Positions 39,652-47,439 of a stretch of DNA of 64,000 nucleotides are shown here, piece after piece. The translations under genes were made by a program, and so were the position numbers. The notes under the pieces were generated by a model that saw nothing but the letters and a program-made list of their open reading frames with translations, did not search any database and was not told where the DNA came from. Numbering within the stretch: position 1 is the stretch's first letter; each line of letters starts with the position of its first letter. The DNA comes from Gammaproteobacteria bacterium (GTDB taxonomy: Bacteria > Pseudomonadota > Gammaproteobacteria > Arenicellales > Poriferihabitantaceae). Location of the stretch: positions 3,114 to 67,113 of the forward strand of contig VYGS01000094.1 in NCBI GenBank assembly GCA_009841725.1, in the 5' to 3' direction.

Positions 39652-40899
39652 TCAGATGCCGAATGCCGATTTCAGTCTCGCCAACAACGCCGGCGATGAC
39701 TGTCTCCCGTCTTCCCGGGAGGTCGATCCCGCCGCCTCGACAGCGTACTTGGCGGCATCGGCCAGGTTGTTGGCCAGATACAGTTGCGGCATGCTCTCTC
39801 TCAGCCTTCTGTTGGCAAGTTCGGCGTTAGTACCTGCCAGGCGGACCGCCATGGGCATATTGACCCTGCGGCTGCTGTGGATCAGCAAAAGCGCGTCCGA
39901 GACGGTATCGCAACGCATGATCCCTCCGCCGAATACGTTCACGAGCAGGCTTTTCGCCCGGGAAATCGACAGCACAAGCTCAATCGCGCTCAGCACCCGG
40001 TTGACCCTGGAGTCGGGAGGGAGATCCAGAAAATTCGCCGGCTCTCCGCCGCAATACTTGATCGCATCCATCGTTGCCATTGCCAGACCGGCACCGACGG
40101 AGAGGTTGGCAACGTTCCCTTCCAGTTCAAGGTAGTTGAAACCATCCATGCTGGCCAGTCTGCTTGCCTCCGGTGGCCCGTCTTCCCGATCCAGCATCAG
40201 GATGGCTTCCTGGCGAAACAGGGCGTTTCGATCAAAGGTCATCTTCGCATCCAGCGCTAGCCAGGCTCCCCCCGCCAGACCGATCGGATTGATCTCGACC
40301 AGCACCGCATCCTTCTCGAAAAACAGCCCCGCCATTCGCTCCACGACCCCGATCAGGCCCTCAGCGGCCGAATTGTCGATCCCGGTCTTCTCGAGAATGG
40401 AACGCAGCCGTTCCTTGGGAATGCTCCGGTCGGAAAGAAGCTCCAGACGATGGGTTGATCCGGACTCGGCCGTGGGCGAGAGGTAGTCGGCTCCGCCCCG
40501 CTCTCCAAAAAACAGCACGACAGATCCTTGTCTCTCATCCACCGTCAGGCTGACACCAAACTCCTTCTCGATCTCCCTGTACTGCTCGATATAGAGGGAA
40601 CTGACCACCTTGCCGGAGGCAGTGGTATGGTCGGTGACCAGCGGCTTGCCCAGCATCGCCACGGCCAGTTCTCGGACTTCGTCCGGCGAGTGCGCCCTGC
40701 GGATGCCTCCCTGTCCATCGGGCATGCGCCCGGCTTCCCGGCCACCGGCGCGGACCTGCGCCTTGACCATCCATGACTCGCCCTTGAGACGTGCCGCGTT
40801 TTCCCGGGCCTCATCCGGCGTCCGGGCCAGCTTGCCCTCCGGGATCGCAATTCCGCATGCTTTCAGCAGTCTCTTTGCCTGATGTTCCCGAATGTTCAT
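39652..40899 (-). CDS. divergent succinyl-CoA-synthetase-beta-like subunit (ATP-grasp)
   Basis: Trimmed to the ATG at 40899 (MNIREHQAKRLL). It has an ATP-grasp N-terminal half. In the C-terminal half, GGEPANFLDL is followed by PPDS where SucC has the conserved GGGA. An extra C-terminal tail of about 25 aa is present. Confidence 0.8.
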   Translation of the reverse strand: MNIREHQAKRLLKACGIAIPEGKLARTPDEARENAARLKGESWMVKAQVRAGGREAGRMPDGQGGIRRAHSPDEVRELAVAMLGKPLVTDHTTASGKVVSSLYIEQYREIEKEFGVSLTVDERQGSVVLFFGERGGADYLSPTAESGSTHRLELLSDRSIPKERLRSILEKTGIDNSAAEGLIGVVERMAGLFFEKDAVLVEINPIGLAGGAWLALDAKMTFDRNALFRQEAILMLDREDGPPEASRLASMDGFNYLELEGNVANLSVGAGLAMATMDAIKYCGGEPANFLDLPPDSRVNRVLSAIELVLSISRAKSLLVNVFGGGIMRCDTVSDALLLIHSSRRVNMPMAVRLAGTNAELANRRLRESMPQLYLANNLADAAKYAVEAAGSTSREDGRQSSPALLARLKSAFGI

Positions 40900-41158
40900 G
40901 TTGACGAAAGACCGGATGGACACGGGTGGATAGCATGAAACGCAGAAGCCCGTGTGTCATGTCGATTCTGCCATATCGCCAAAGTGCGTGCATCGCTTTT
41001 CTTCAAGGGCCCGATGCCGTATAGAGCCATATCCCTCTCCGAAGTTTGACCGACAGTGGTGGTCCAGGCAGGATGGCGTGAATCTTCGTTGCAACTGCTC
41101 AGCAACGTCTCAGACCGGCCTCGTGCCTGTTCCGCAATGCTGTCTTCAGGTTGAGGGG

Positions 41159-41167
41159 GGATCAGTC
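41159..41167. repeat. 9-bp direct repeat copy A (GGATCAGTC) spanning the hicB stop codon
   Basis: Identical 9-mer to 41697-41705. Both copies contain the stop codon (TCA on the plus strand) of a minus-strand gene ending in Asp-stop. Confidence 0.6.
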
Positions 41168-41515
41168 TTGGACCGCATGCTCATTACGCTCGAGATAGTG
41201 CCGCAATGCATCGCTGACAATCGCGTTGAGGCTGACTCCCCGGCGTCTGGAGTAGAGCATCGCACGACGGTGCAGGTCGTGACCAGGACGTACGTTGAAG
41301 CTGCCTTTCAGTGGCATATCAGGCTTGCGGCTTTCAGTTGCACAAAGCCGAAGATAATCGTCCACAGCCTCGTGAAATGCCGTCTTGAGGCTTCTGACAT
41401 TTTCGCCCTCATAGAGCACCCGGTCACGAATGAACTCAAGCCGGCCATGCAGCAGTTCGTCGTCATTGTACTCGACCGAACCGAGATAGCCTTTGTATTC
41501 GAGCATCGTACGCAT
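41162..41515 (-). CDS. hicB: HicB-family antitoxin (HicB_lk N-domain + ribbon-helix-helix C-terminus)
   Basis: MLEYKGYLGSVEYNDDELLHGRLEFIRDRVLYEGENVRSLKTAFHEAVDDYL is the typical HicB-like fold signature. The C-terminal KGSFNVRPGHDLHRRAMLYSRRRGVSLNAIVSDALRHYL is an RHH DNA-binding motif. Confidence 0.8.
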   Translation of the reverse strand: MRTMLEYKGYLGSVEYNDDELLHGRLEFIRDRVLYEGENVRSLKTAFHEAVDDYLRLCATESRKPDMPLKGSFNVRPGHDLHRRAMLYSRRRGVSLNAIVSDALRHYLERNEHAVQD

Positions 41516-41690
41516 ATCAAACTCTCCTCGACAAGAATCCGCAACACATCCCCGATGACATACATTCTGGCAATGTTGACGGGATGCGGCTTATGCAACG
41601 CAATGGCGGGCGCGATTGCATCAAGCCCATATCAAGTCCCGGTTGTGAAATCCCGGCGAATGGACAACTCATCCGGGCCGGCAGCCTGTC
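41516..41690 (-). pseudogene. possible decayed hicA toxin remnant
   Basis: The minus-strand frame reads QAAGPDELSIRRDFTTGT*YGLDAIAPAIALHKPHPVNIARMYVIGDVLRILVEESLI. It is HicA-sized (about 58 codons) with a weak PHP...G..L..IL C-terminal resemblance. It has no start codon, contains an internal TGA, and runs into hicB out of frame. Confidence 0.25.
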
Positions 41691-41696
41691 AGGAAC

Positions 41697-41705
41697 GGAT
41701 CAGTC
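41697..41705. repeat. 9-bp direct repeat copy B (GGATCAGTC) spanning the Rieske-gene stop codon
   Basis: Identical to 41159-41167. The two copies bracket a 538-bp segment containing the hicA remnant and hicB. Confidence 0.6.
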
Positions 41706-42020
41706 CCAGCGGTCATCCCGGATTTCGACCACTCCGTCCCGAACCCTGACAGGAAGGGTATCGATCGGTTCATAGGCCGGCGGGGCGGTCACCTCGCCCG
41801 TCCGTACGCAAAATCGAGCGCCGTGAAACGGGCATTCAATCTCATCGCCAATCACGCAACCGTCCGCAATTTCGCTGCCGTCGTGCGTGCAGACGTTCTC
41901 AAGCGCATAATATTCGCCGTCGATATTGAACACGACCACCGACACGTCGTCGACATCCACGACCACGTGATCACCCGGAGCCAGCGTTTCGACCGCCGTG
42001 GCCGCAACCCACTCGGACAT
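41700..42020 (-). CDS. Rieske [2Fe-2S] ferredoxin-type protein, last gene of the suf operon
   Basis: Has the Rieske ligands CTHDG...CPFHGARF. It is 106 aa, and its start overlaps the sufT stop by 1 nt (TGATG). Confidence 0.85.
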   Translation of the reverse strand: MSEWVAATAVETLAPGDHVVVDVDDVSVVVFNIDGEYYALENVCTHDGSEIADGCVIGDEIECPFHGARFCVRTGEVTAPPAYEPIDTLPVRVRDGVVEIRDDRWD

Positions 42021-42466
42021 CAGATCAGGCCCAGCTCAAGCCTCGCGGCTTCGCTGATCAGGTCCGGCGTCCATGGGGGGTCCCACACCAGATCGACAAT
42101 GGCGCCCGCAACACCGGGAACCATGGCCACCGTGCGCTCCACCATACCCGGAAAGGTATGCGCCACCGGACATCCCGGCGCGGTCAAGGTCATGTCGACC
42201 TCCACAACCCGATCCCGAATCCGGATATCGTAGATCAGGCCCAAGTCAAAGATGTTGACCGGAATTTCCGGGTCATAGACGGTTTTCAGGGCTTCGACAA
42301 TTCCTTCGCGCAGCTCGCTCTCGTCGATTTCGGCAACCGGACCGTCGCTGAAGGTTCCCCGGGTTTCGCTCTCTCCGGGGCCATCATCCTGCTTGAACTC
42401 CTCCATGATGCGGGCCTTCTTGAGTTCCAGCTCGGGATCAAAATTCACATGCTTCATGATCGTCAT
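42020..42466 (-). CDS. sufT: SufT / DUF59 (MIP18-family) Fe-S cluster assembly protein
   Basis: IVEALKTVYDPEIPVNIFDLGLIYD...MTLTAPGCPVA is the DUF59 signature. It overlaps the sufD stop by 4 nt. Confidence 0.8.
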   Translation of the reverse strand: MTIMKHVNFDPELELKKARIMEEFKQDDGPGESETRGTFSDGPVAEIDESELREGIVEALKTVYDPEIPVNIFDLGLIYDIRIRDRVVEVDMTLTAPGCPVAHTFPGMVERTVAMVPGVAGAIVDLVWDPPWTPDLISEAARLELGLI

Positions 42467-43800
42467 CCGGATTTCGTCGATATCGGCAACCTCGACAGCT
42501 TGCTGTCCATCAGCGCCTTCACATGCTGCTGCACGGAGTCCGGGCCGACCGCCTCCAGCACTTCGTCGACAAATGCTCGGATCAACATCAAACGGGCCTT
42601 GTCGCCGTCAATGCCGCGCGATTTCAGGTAGAACATCGCCTGTTCGTCGAGATTCCCGATGGTCGCCCCGTGCGAGCATTTCACATCGTTCGCATAAATC
42701 TCAAGCTGCGGCTTGGTGTCGATTTCCGCATCCGGAGACAACAGCAGCGTGTTGTTCGCCTGCTGGGCATCGGTTTGCTGGGCGTCCGGAGCAACCCGGA
42801 TCCGTCCGTGAAACACGGCGCGGGATCGCCGATCCAGCACCCCCTTGTAATGTTCGTTGCTGCTGCAGTGGGGCGCGCTGTGAACCACCGTCGTGAAGTT
42901 GTCGACATGCTGGCGGCCCGACAGGCAGTAGGCTCCCATGAGATTGCACTGCGCGCCAGGCTCCTGCATGTCGATGACGAGATCATTGCGGACCAGCGCA
43001 CCGCCCACGGTCGTGGTGTGGAAATCAAGTCGGCTGTCCCGGCTCAGGTATGCCCAGTTGCCGGACACCTGGAATGCCGAATCCGACTGGGACTCGACCA
43101 GATGGTAGTCGAGGTGCGCCCCCGGCTCCAGATACAATTCGCCCACCCCGCTGGTCAGGGAGCTTGTCCCGGTTTCGGAAACATGCCTCTCGACGATCCT
43201 GGCAACGGAATTGTTCCGGGCGACAATCAGTATCCGGGGCAGGATCAGGGCGGCATCGGTCCGCGATACGAACAGCAATTCCAGGGGGGCGTCCGAGCGC
43301 ACGCCCTGTCCGATCTCGACCAGGACTCCGTCCCGATACAGGGCATTGTTCATCAGCGAGAAGCCGTGGGCCCGTTCTTCAGCCGACTTTCCCAGATAAG
43401 GCCGGATGCGCTCCGGGTCGTTTTCAAGCACCCTGGAGATCGAGTCCACCCGAATCCCCGCGTCCATGCCGAGAGGGGCGGCCGGCCCCTGCATGATCCC
43501 GTCGACAAACACGAGGGTATGCGCAATGCCTTCGATCCGGTAAGCGGACGAATCCGGCATCAGGCCGGAATCCTCTGCGGGGGCAAATCGCTTGCTCAGG
43601 ATGGGACGAACGGACGTGTATCGCCACTCTTCGTCCCGCAGTGTCGGAAACCCCTGGTCGGCAAATCGCTGGAGGCAGCCATGACGCCAGTTCGCATGCC
43701 ATTCGACACGCTCTCCGGGAAGCGCCTCCCGTCCCTGCTCGTGGATATCCAGGTACGGCCGGACTTGCGGATCGGGATGGGTATCAGGCTGTGCGTGCAT
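42463..43800 (-). CDS. sufD: Fe-S cluster assembly protein SufD
   Basis: Its C-terminal beta-helix region ends ...EIYANDVKCSHGATIGNLDEQAMFYLKSRGI. The start is uncertain: 43800 gives a 17-nt overlap with sufC, and the track start at 43890 would overlap sufC by 107 nt. Confidence 0.85.
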   Translation of the reverse strand: MHAQPDTHPDPQVRPYLDIHEQGREALPGERVEWHANWRHGCLQRFADQGFPTLRDEEWRYTSVRPILSKRFAPAEDSGLMPDSSAYRIEGIAHTLVFVDGIMQGPAAPLGMDAGIRVDSISRVLENDPERIRPYLGKSAEERAHGFSLMNNALYRDGVLVEIGQGVRSDAPLELLFVSRTDAALILPRILIVARNNSVARIVERHVSETGTSSLTSGVGELYLEPGAHLDYHLVESQSDSAFQVSGNWAYLSRDSRLDFHTTTVGGALVRNDLVIDMQEPGAQCNLMGAYCLSGRQHVDNFTTVVHSAPHCSSNEHYKGVLDRRSRAVFHGRIRVAPDAQQTDAQQANNTLLLSPDAEIDTKPQLEIYANDVKCSHGATIGNLDEQAMFYLKSRGIDGDKARLMLIRAFVDEVLEAVGPDSVQQHVKALMDSKLSRLPISTKSG

Positions 43801-44539
43801 GCTGTTCGATCCAGCCGTATCCACGGTCTTCAAGTTCATGGGCAAGTTCCTTTCCGCCCGAACGGATGATTCTTCCGTGAGCGAGGACATGCACGTAATC
43901 CGGCACGATGTATTCGAGCAACCTCTGGTAATGGGTCACCACGAGCATTGCGCGATCCGGACTGCGGAGACTGTTGACCCCTTCTGCCACGATCTTGAGC
44001 GCATCGATGTCGAGGCCCGAATCGGTTTCGTCGAGTACGCTGAGCGAAGGCTCGAACAGGGACATCTGCAGGATCTCGTTGCGTTTTTTCTCTCCGCCCG
44101 AAAAACCCTGGTTCACCGACCGGTAGAGAAATTCCTGCTTCATGCCGACCAGTGCGGCCTTCTCCTTGACCAGTCTCAGAAAGCTGACCGCGTCAAGTTC
44201 CTCCTCGCCCCGATGCTTGCGCAGGGTGTTCAGCGCGGCCTTGAGCATGTGCACGTTGCTGACGCCCGGAATTTCGACCGGGTACTGGAATGCCAGGAAC
44301 AGGCCTTCCCGGGCCCGGATTTCGGGTTCCAGATCCAGCAGATCCTGCCCCTTGAACCGGACGGTACCGCCAGTCACTTCATACTCGTCCCGGCCAGCCA
44401 ATACGTTGGCCAGCGTGCTCTTTCCGGAACCGTTGGGACCCATGACCGCATGGACTTCCCCGGCTTGCACCTCAAGACTTATCCCGTTCAGGATTTCCTT
44501 GCCTTCAACACTTGCGCGTAAATTTTCTATCGTCAACAT
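43784..44539 (-). CDS. sufC: Fe-S cluster assembly ATPase SufC
   Basis: Trimmed to MLTIENLRASVEGKEILNGISL. It has GPNGSGKSTL, FSGGEKKRNEILQ and LDETDSGLDIDAL. Confidence 0.95.
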   Translation of the reverse strand: MLTIENLRASVEGKEILNGISLEVQAGEVHAVMGPNGSGKSTLANVLAGRDEYEVTGGTVRFKGQDLLDLEPEIRAREGLFLAFQYPVEIPGVSNVHMLKAALNTLRKHRGEEELDAVSFLRLVKEKAALVGMKQEFLYRSVNQGFSGGEKKRNEILQMSLFEPSLSVLDETDSGLDIDALKIVAEGVNSLRSPDRAMLVVTHYQRLLEYIVPDYVHVLAHGRIIRSGGKELAHELEDRGYGWIEQHARTA

Positions 44540-44573
44540 ATCCAGATCCGATGATTGTCCTGATCCGTCCGGC

Positions 44574-46034
44574 CTAGCCGACCGCACCTTCGAGACTGAT
44601 GCCCAGCAGTTTCTGCGCCTCTACGGCAAATTCCATTGGCAACTCCTTGAAGACCTCCTTGCAGAATCCGTTCACGATCATCGACACCGCATCTTCTTCA
44701 GACAGCCCTCTTTGCCGACAGTAGAACAACTGGTCCTCGCTGATCTTCGATGTGGTCGCCTCATGTTCGACCACCGCGCTTGGATTCTTGACCTCCATGT
44801 AGGGAAAGGTGTGGGCGCCACACTTGTCCCCCATCAACAGGGAATCGCATTGTGAATAGTTGCGCGCGTTGTCCGCGCCCTTGAGAACCTTGACCAGGCC
44901 CCGGTATGAATTCTGGCCGTGTCCGGCCGAAATGCCTTTCGATATGATCGTGCTCGTGGCATTCTTTCCGATATGAACCATCTTGGTTCCGGTATCCGCC
45001 TGCTGGTAATTGCCGGTCAGGGCCACCGAATAGAATTCGCCGATCGAGTTGTCACCTTCGAGCACGACACTGGGATACTTCCAGGTGATCGCCGATCCGG
45101 TTTCCACCTGCGTCCAGGATATCTTCGATCCTCCGCCCTTGCAGATTCCCCGCTTGGTGACAAAATTGTAGATGCCGCCCTTGCCTTCCTCATCGCCCGG
45201 ATACCAGTTCTGCACCGTGGAATACTTGATTTCCGCTCCCTTCATCGCGACCAGTTCGACCACTGCGGCATGCAGCTGGTTCTCGTCCCGCATCGGAGCG
45301 GTGCATCCTTCCAGGTAGCTGACGTAGCTGTCCTCGTCGGCGACAATGAGAGTCCGCTCGAACTGGCCGGTATTCATCGCGTTGATCCGGAAATAGGTGG
45401 ACAGTTCCATCGGGCATCGGACTCCCTTGGGAACATAGACGAATGACCCCTCGCTGAACACTGCCGAATTCAGTGCGGCGTAGTAGTTGTCTCCCGCCGG
45501 CACGACCGATCCCAGATATTTCTGAACAAGATCCGGATGCTCCTTGACCGCCTCGGACAGGGGGCAGAAAATCACCCCGGCCTCGGCCAGCGTCTCCTTG
45601 AAGGTGGTGACCACCGATACACTGTCGAACACCGCGTCCACGGCCACCTTGACACCCGCCAGAGCCTTCTGCTCGTCAAGGGGGATGCCCAGCTTTTCAT
45701 AGGTCTCGAGCAGCTTGGGATCGACCTCATCCAGACTGTCCAGCAGTTTCTTCTGCTTCGGCGCCGAGAAATAGCTGATCTGCTGGAAGTCGATTTTCGG
45801 GTAATGCAGATGAGGCCAGCCCGGCTCTTCCATGTCCAACCAGCGGCGGTAGGCATCGAGTCGCCATTCGAGAAGGAATTCGGGCTCTTCCTTCTTTCGG
45901 GATATGGTACGGATAACGTCTTCGTCCAGTCCCGGAGGAAGCGTGTCGGCATCGATATCGGTGACAAACCCCTCCTTGTACTCCCTCTGGGCCAGCGAAG
46001 CGAGCTCCTTGTCGGCATGGATCTGTTCGTTCAT
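44574..46034 (-). CDS. sufB: Fe-S cluster scaffold protein SufB
   Basis: 486 aa with ...[18 protein letters not shown]... and the C-terminal [33 protein letters not shown] typical of SufB. Confidence 0.95.
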   Translation of the reverse strand: MNEQIHADKELASLAQREYKEGFVTDIDADTLPPGLDEDVIRTISRKKEEPEFLLEWRLDAYRRWLDMEEPGWPHLHYPKIDFQQISYFSAPKQKKLLDSLDEVDPKLLETYEKLGIPLDEQKALAGVKVAVDAVFDSVSVVTTFKETLAEAGVIFCPLSEAVKEHPDLVQKYLGSVVPAGDNYYAALNSAVFSEGSFVYVPKGVRCPMELSTYFRINAMNTGQFERTLIVADEDSYVSYLEGCTAPMRDENQLHAAVVELVAMKGAEIKYSTVQNWYPGDEEGKGGIYNFVTKRGICKGGGSKISWTQVETGSAITWKYPSVVLEGDNSIGEFYSVALTGNYQQADTGTKMVHIGKNATSTIISKGISAGHGQNSYRGLVKVLKGADNARNYSQCDSLLMGDKCGAHTFPYMEVKNPSAVVEHEATTSKISEDQLFYCRQRGLSEEDAVSMIVNGFCKEVFKELPMEFAVEAQKLLGISLEGAVG

Positions 46035-46043
46035 ATGAATGGA

Positions 46044-46523
46044 CTATTTCTGTGATTGATGTTTCCGGGATGACATGGATGGCATCTCCACCACCTGGCG
46101 ATTTTGCGAGTCCGTAGCCACGCCACTGTTGCGCATCAACTCTCCGAGATAAATGCCCGAGAGAAATTCGTGCAACCGGTCGCTCAGCTCGCTCCAAAGC
46201 CCGTGTGCAACACACTGCTTGCCGTCATGGCAATTCAGCATCCCTTCGCATTCGGTAATATCCAGAGGCTCGTCTACCGCCAGAACGATATCGGCAACGC
46301 TGATCTTGTCGGCATCACGGGCCAGCACATACCCGCCGCCAGGCCCCCGTGTCCCCTCGACCAGATCGAACTTGCGCATCTTCGCAAACAACTGCTCAAG
46401 ATAGGACAGGGAAATGCCCTGGTTTTTGGATATGCTCTTCAGGGTGACAGGACCTTCGTTCTGATTGATCGACAGATCGATCATCGCCGTTACCGCATAT
46501 CTGCCTCTGGATGTCAAACGCAC
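46044..46523 (-). CDS. iscR: Rrf2-family Fe-S-sensing transcriptional regulator (IscR-like)
   Basis: Has MRLTSRGRYAVTAMIDL, the wHTH ISLSYLEQLFAKMRK, GPGGGY, and three clustered Cys (CEGMLNCHDGKQC). It lies immediately upstream of sufB. Confidence 0.85.
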   Translation of the reverse strand: MRLTSRGRYAVTAMIDLSINQNEGPVTLKSISKNQGISLSYLEQLFAKMRKFDLVEGTRGPGGGYVLARDADKISVADIVLAVDEPLDITECEGMLNCHDGKQCVAHGLWSELSDRLHEFLSGIYLGELMRNSGVATDSQNRQVVEMPSMSSRKHQSQK

Positions 46524-46672
46524 CGTACCTTAACCACGCCAAACGCTCTGTTCTCTCAGCAACGATACCGCTTTCAAATCGACCCGGGAGTTACAGGGTA
46601 TAATGGCTTCACGCCAGACCGTGTGCTCAACCGGTCGCGGTGATGAATGCGGCGGAATTCGTCGTCTGCTGC

Positions 46673-46699
46673 AAAAACCTACTGCCACAGTAGGTTTTT
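46673..46699. promoter_or_regulatory. perfect 12-3-12 palindrome AAAAACCTACTG-cca-CAGTAGGTTTTT, candidate Rrf2/IscR operator
   Basis: Verified base by base. It starts 4 nt downstream of the candidate -10 of the iscR-suf promoter and covers the predicted transcription start. By hand it matches 17/25 positions of the E. coli IscR type-1 consensus as I remember it. Confidence 0.45.
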
Positions 46700-46702
46700 T
46701 CC

Positions 46703-46731
46703 ATTATGATGCCTTGGCCCGCATTTTTCAA
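46703..46731 (-). promoter_or_regulatory. candidate sigma70 promoter of iscR-sufBCD-sufT operon
   Basis: On the minus strand: TTGAAA (46731-46726), a 17-nt spacer, then CATAAT (46708-46703). It lies in the divergent iscR/coaE intergenic region. Confidence 0.5.
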
Positions 46732-46785
46732 TAGGCGCATGCAAAATAACCTGATTCCAGCATCCTTCCCTTCTCCGGATATTCA

Positions 46786-47439
46786 ATGGAACCGGGGCAG
46801 TTCCAATTCCCGGATTCTCCAGCCGTGACGGACGATCAAACAACCTGCACGGTGGGCCTGACCGGGGGAGTCGGGACCGGCAAGTCCACCGTCGCGAAAC
46901 TGTTTCGGAACCTGGGCGTGCCCGTTGTCAGTGCAGACCGTCTCGCCAGGGAGCTGGTCACTCCCGGAAGCCGGTATCTCGATGCAATCGTCGAGGCATT
47001 CGGGCCACAAGTACTGAATCCGGACGGCAGTCTCGATCGGCCCCGCGTGGCAAAAATCGTGTTTGAGGATCCCGGACGGCGACAAACTCTGGAATCCATA
47101 CTCCACCCCCCGATACGGGAACTGATGTGGGCCAAGGTCGAAACACTCCGGGACTGCTACTGCGTTCTGGAAATTCCCCTACTGATCGAAACCGGACAAT
47201 GGCGGAAGGTTGACCGTGTGCTGGTCGTGACCTGCAATAGCGAGCTTCGAATCGCCCGGCTCGCGGCCACACGCGATCTCGGCCGCAACGACGCAAGGCG
47301 AATCATGGCTGCCCAGTTGGACGACGACGAGCGGACCCGGCATGCGGACGATATCATTTGCAACGAAGACAGCCTGGCCAACCTGGCCAAGCAGGTCGAA
47401 CGCCTGCACTCGAACTACGTCTCCCTGTTCCGCGCCTGA
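46786..47439 (+). CDS. coaE: dephospho-CoA kinase
   Basis: Has VGLTGGVGTGKSTVAKLF (P-loop at the N-terminus). The start is uncertain: ATG at 46786, or GTG at 46852, which would give the usual short N-terminus. Confidence 0.85.
   Translation: MEPGQFQFPDSPAVTDDQTTCTVGLTGGVGTGKSTVAKLFRNLGVPVVSADRLARELVTPGSRYLDAIVEAFGPQVLNPDGSLDRPRVAKIVFEDPGRRQTLESILHPPIRELMWAKVETLRDCYCVLEIPLLIETGQWRKVDRVLVVTCNSELRIARLAATRDLGRNDARRIMAAQLDDDERTRHADDIICNEDSLANLAKQVERLHSNYVSLFRA

Noticed and set aside
40896-41105. 69-aa minus-strand ORF in the sucC-like/hicB spacer
   Set aside because: It has no RBS and no motif. It overlaps the start of the sucC-like gene and is probably non-coding leader or promoter DNA.
40952-41749. 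265-aa plus-strand ORF covering the hicB region
   Set aside because: It is antisense to hicB and crosses two intergenic regions. It has no motifs, while the minus-strand HicB call is far better supported.
42523-43869. 448-aa plus-strand ORF opposite sufD
   Set aside because: It is an antisense shadow ORF in GC-rich DNA. sufD fits the sufBCD operon context.
46673-46700. Palindrome read as a bidirectional rho-independent terminator
   Set aside because: The flanking genes (iscR and coaE) diverge from this spacer, so no annotated transcript reads into the element. It sits 4 nt downstream of a good -10. I kept it as an operator or 5'-hairpin candidate, and Term-seq would settle the question.
46599-46700. 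Idea of a roughly 90-nt plus-strand sRNA from the TATAAT at 46599-46604 to the 46673-46700 hairpin
   Set aside because: No acceptable -35 lies at 16-19 nt spacing (only AAATCG-type hexamers), and I can assess neither conservation nor structure here. The idea is speculative and would need RNA-seq.
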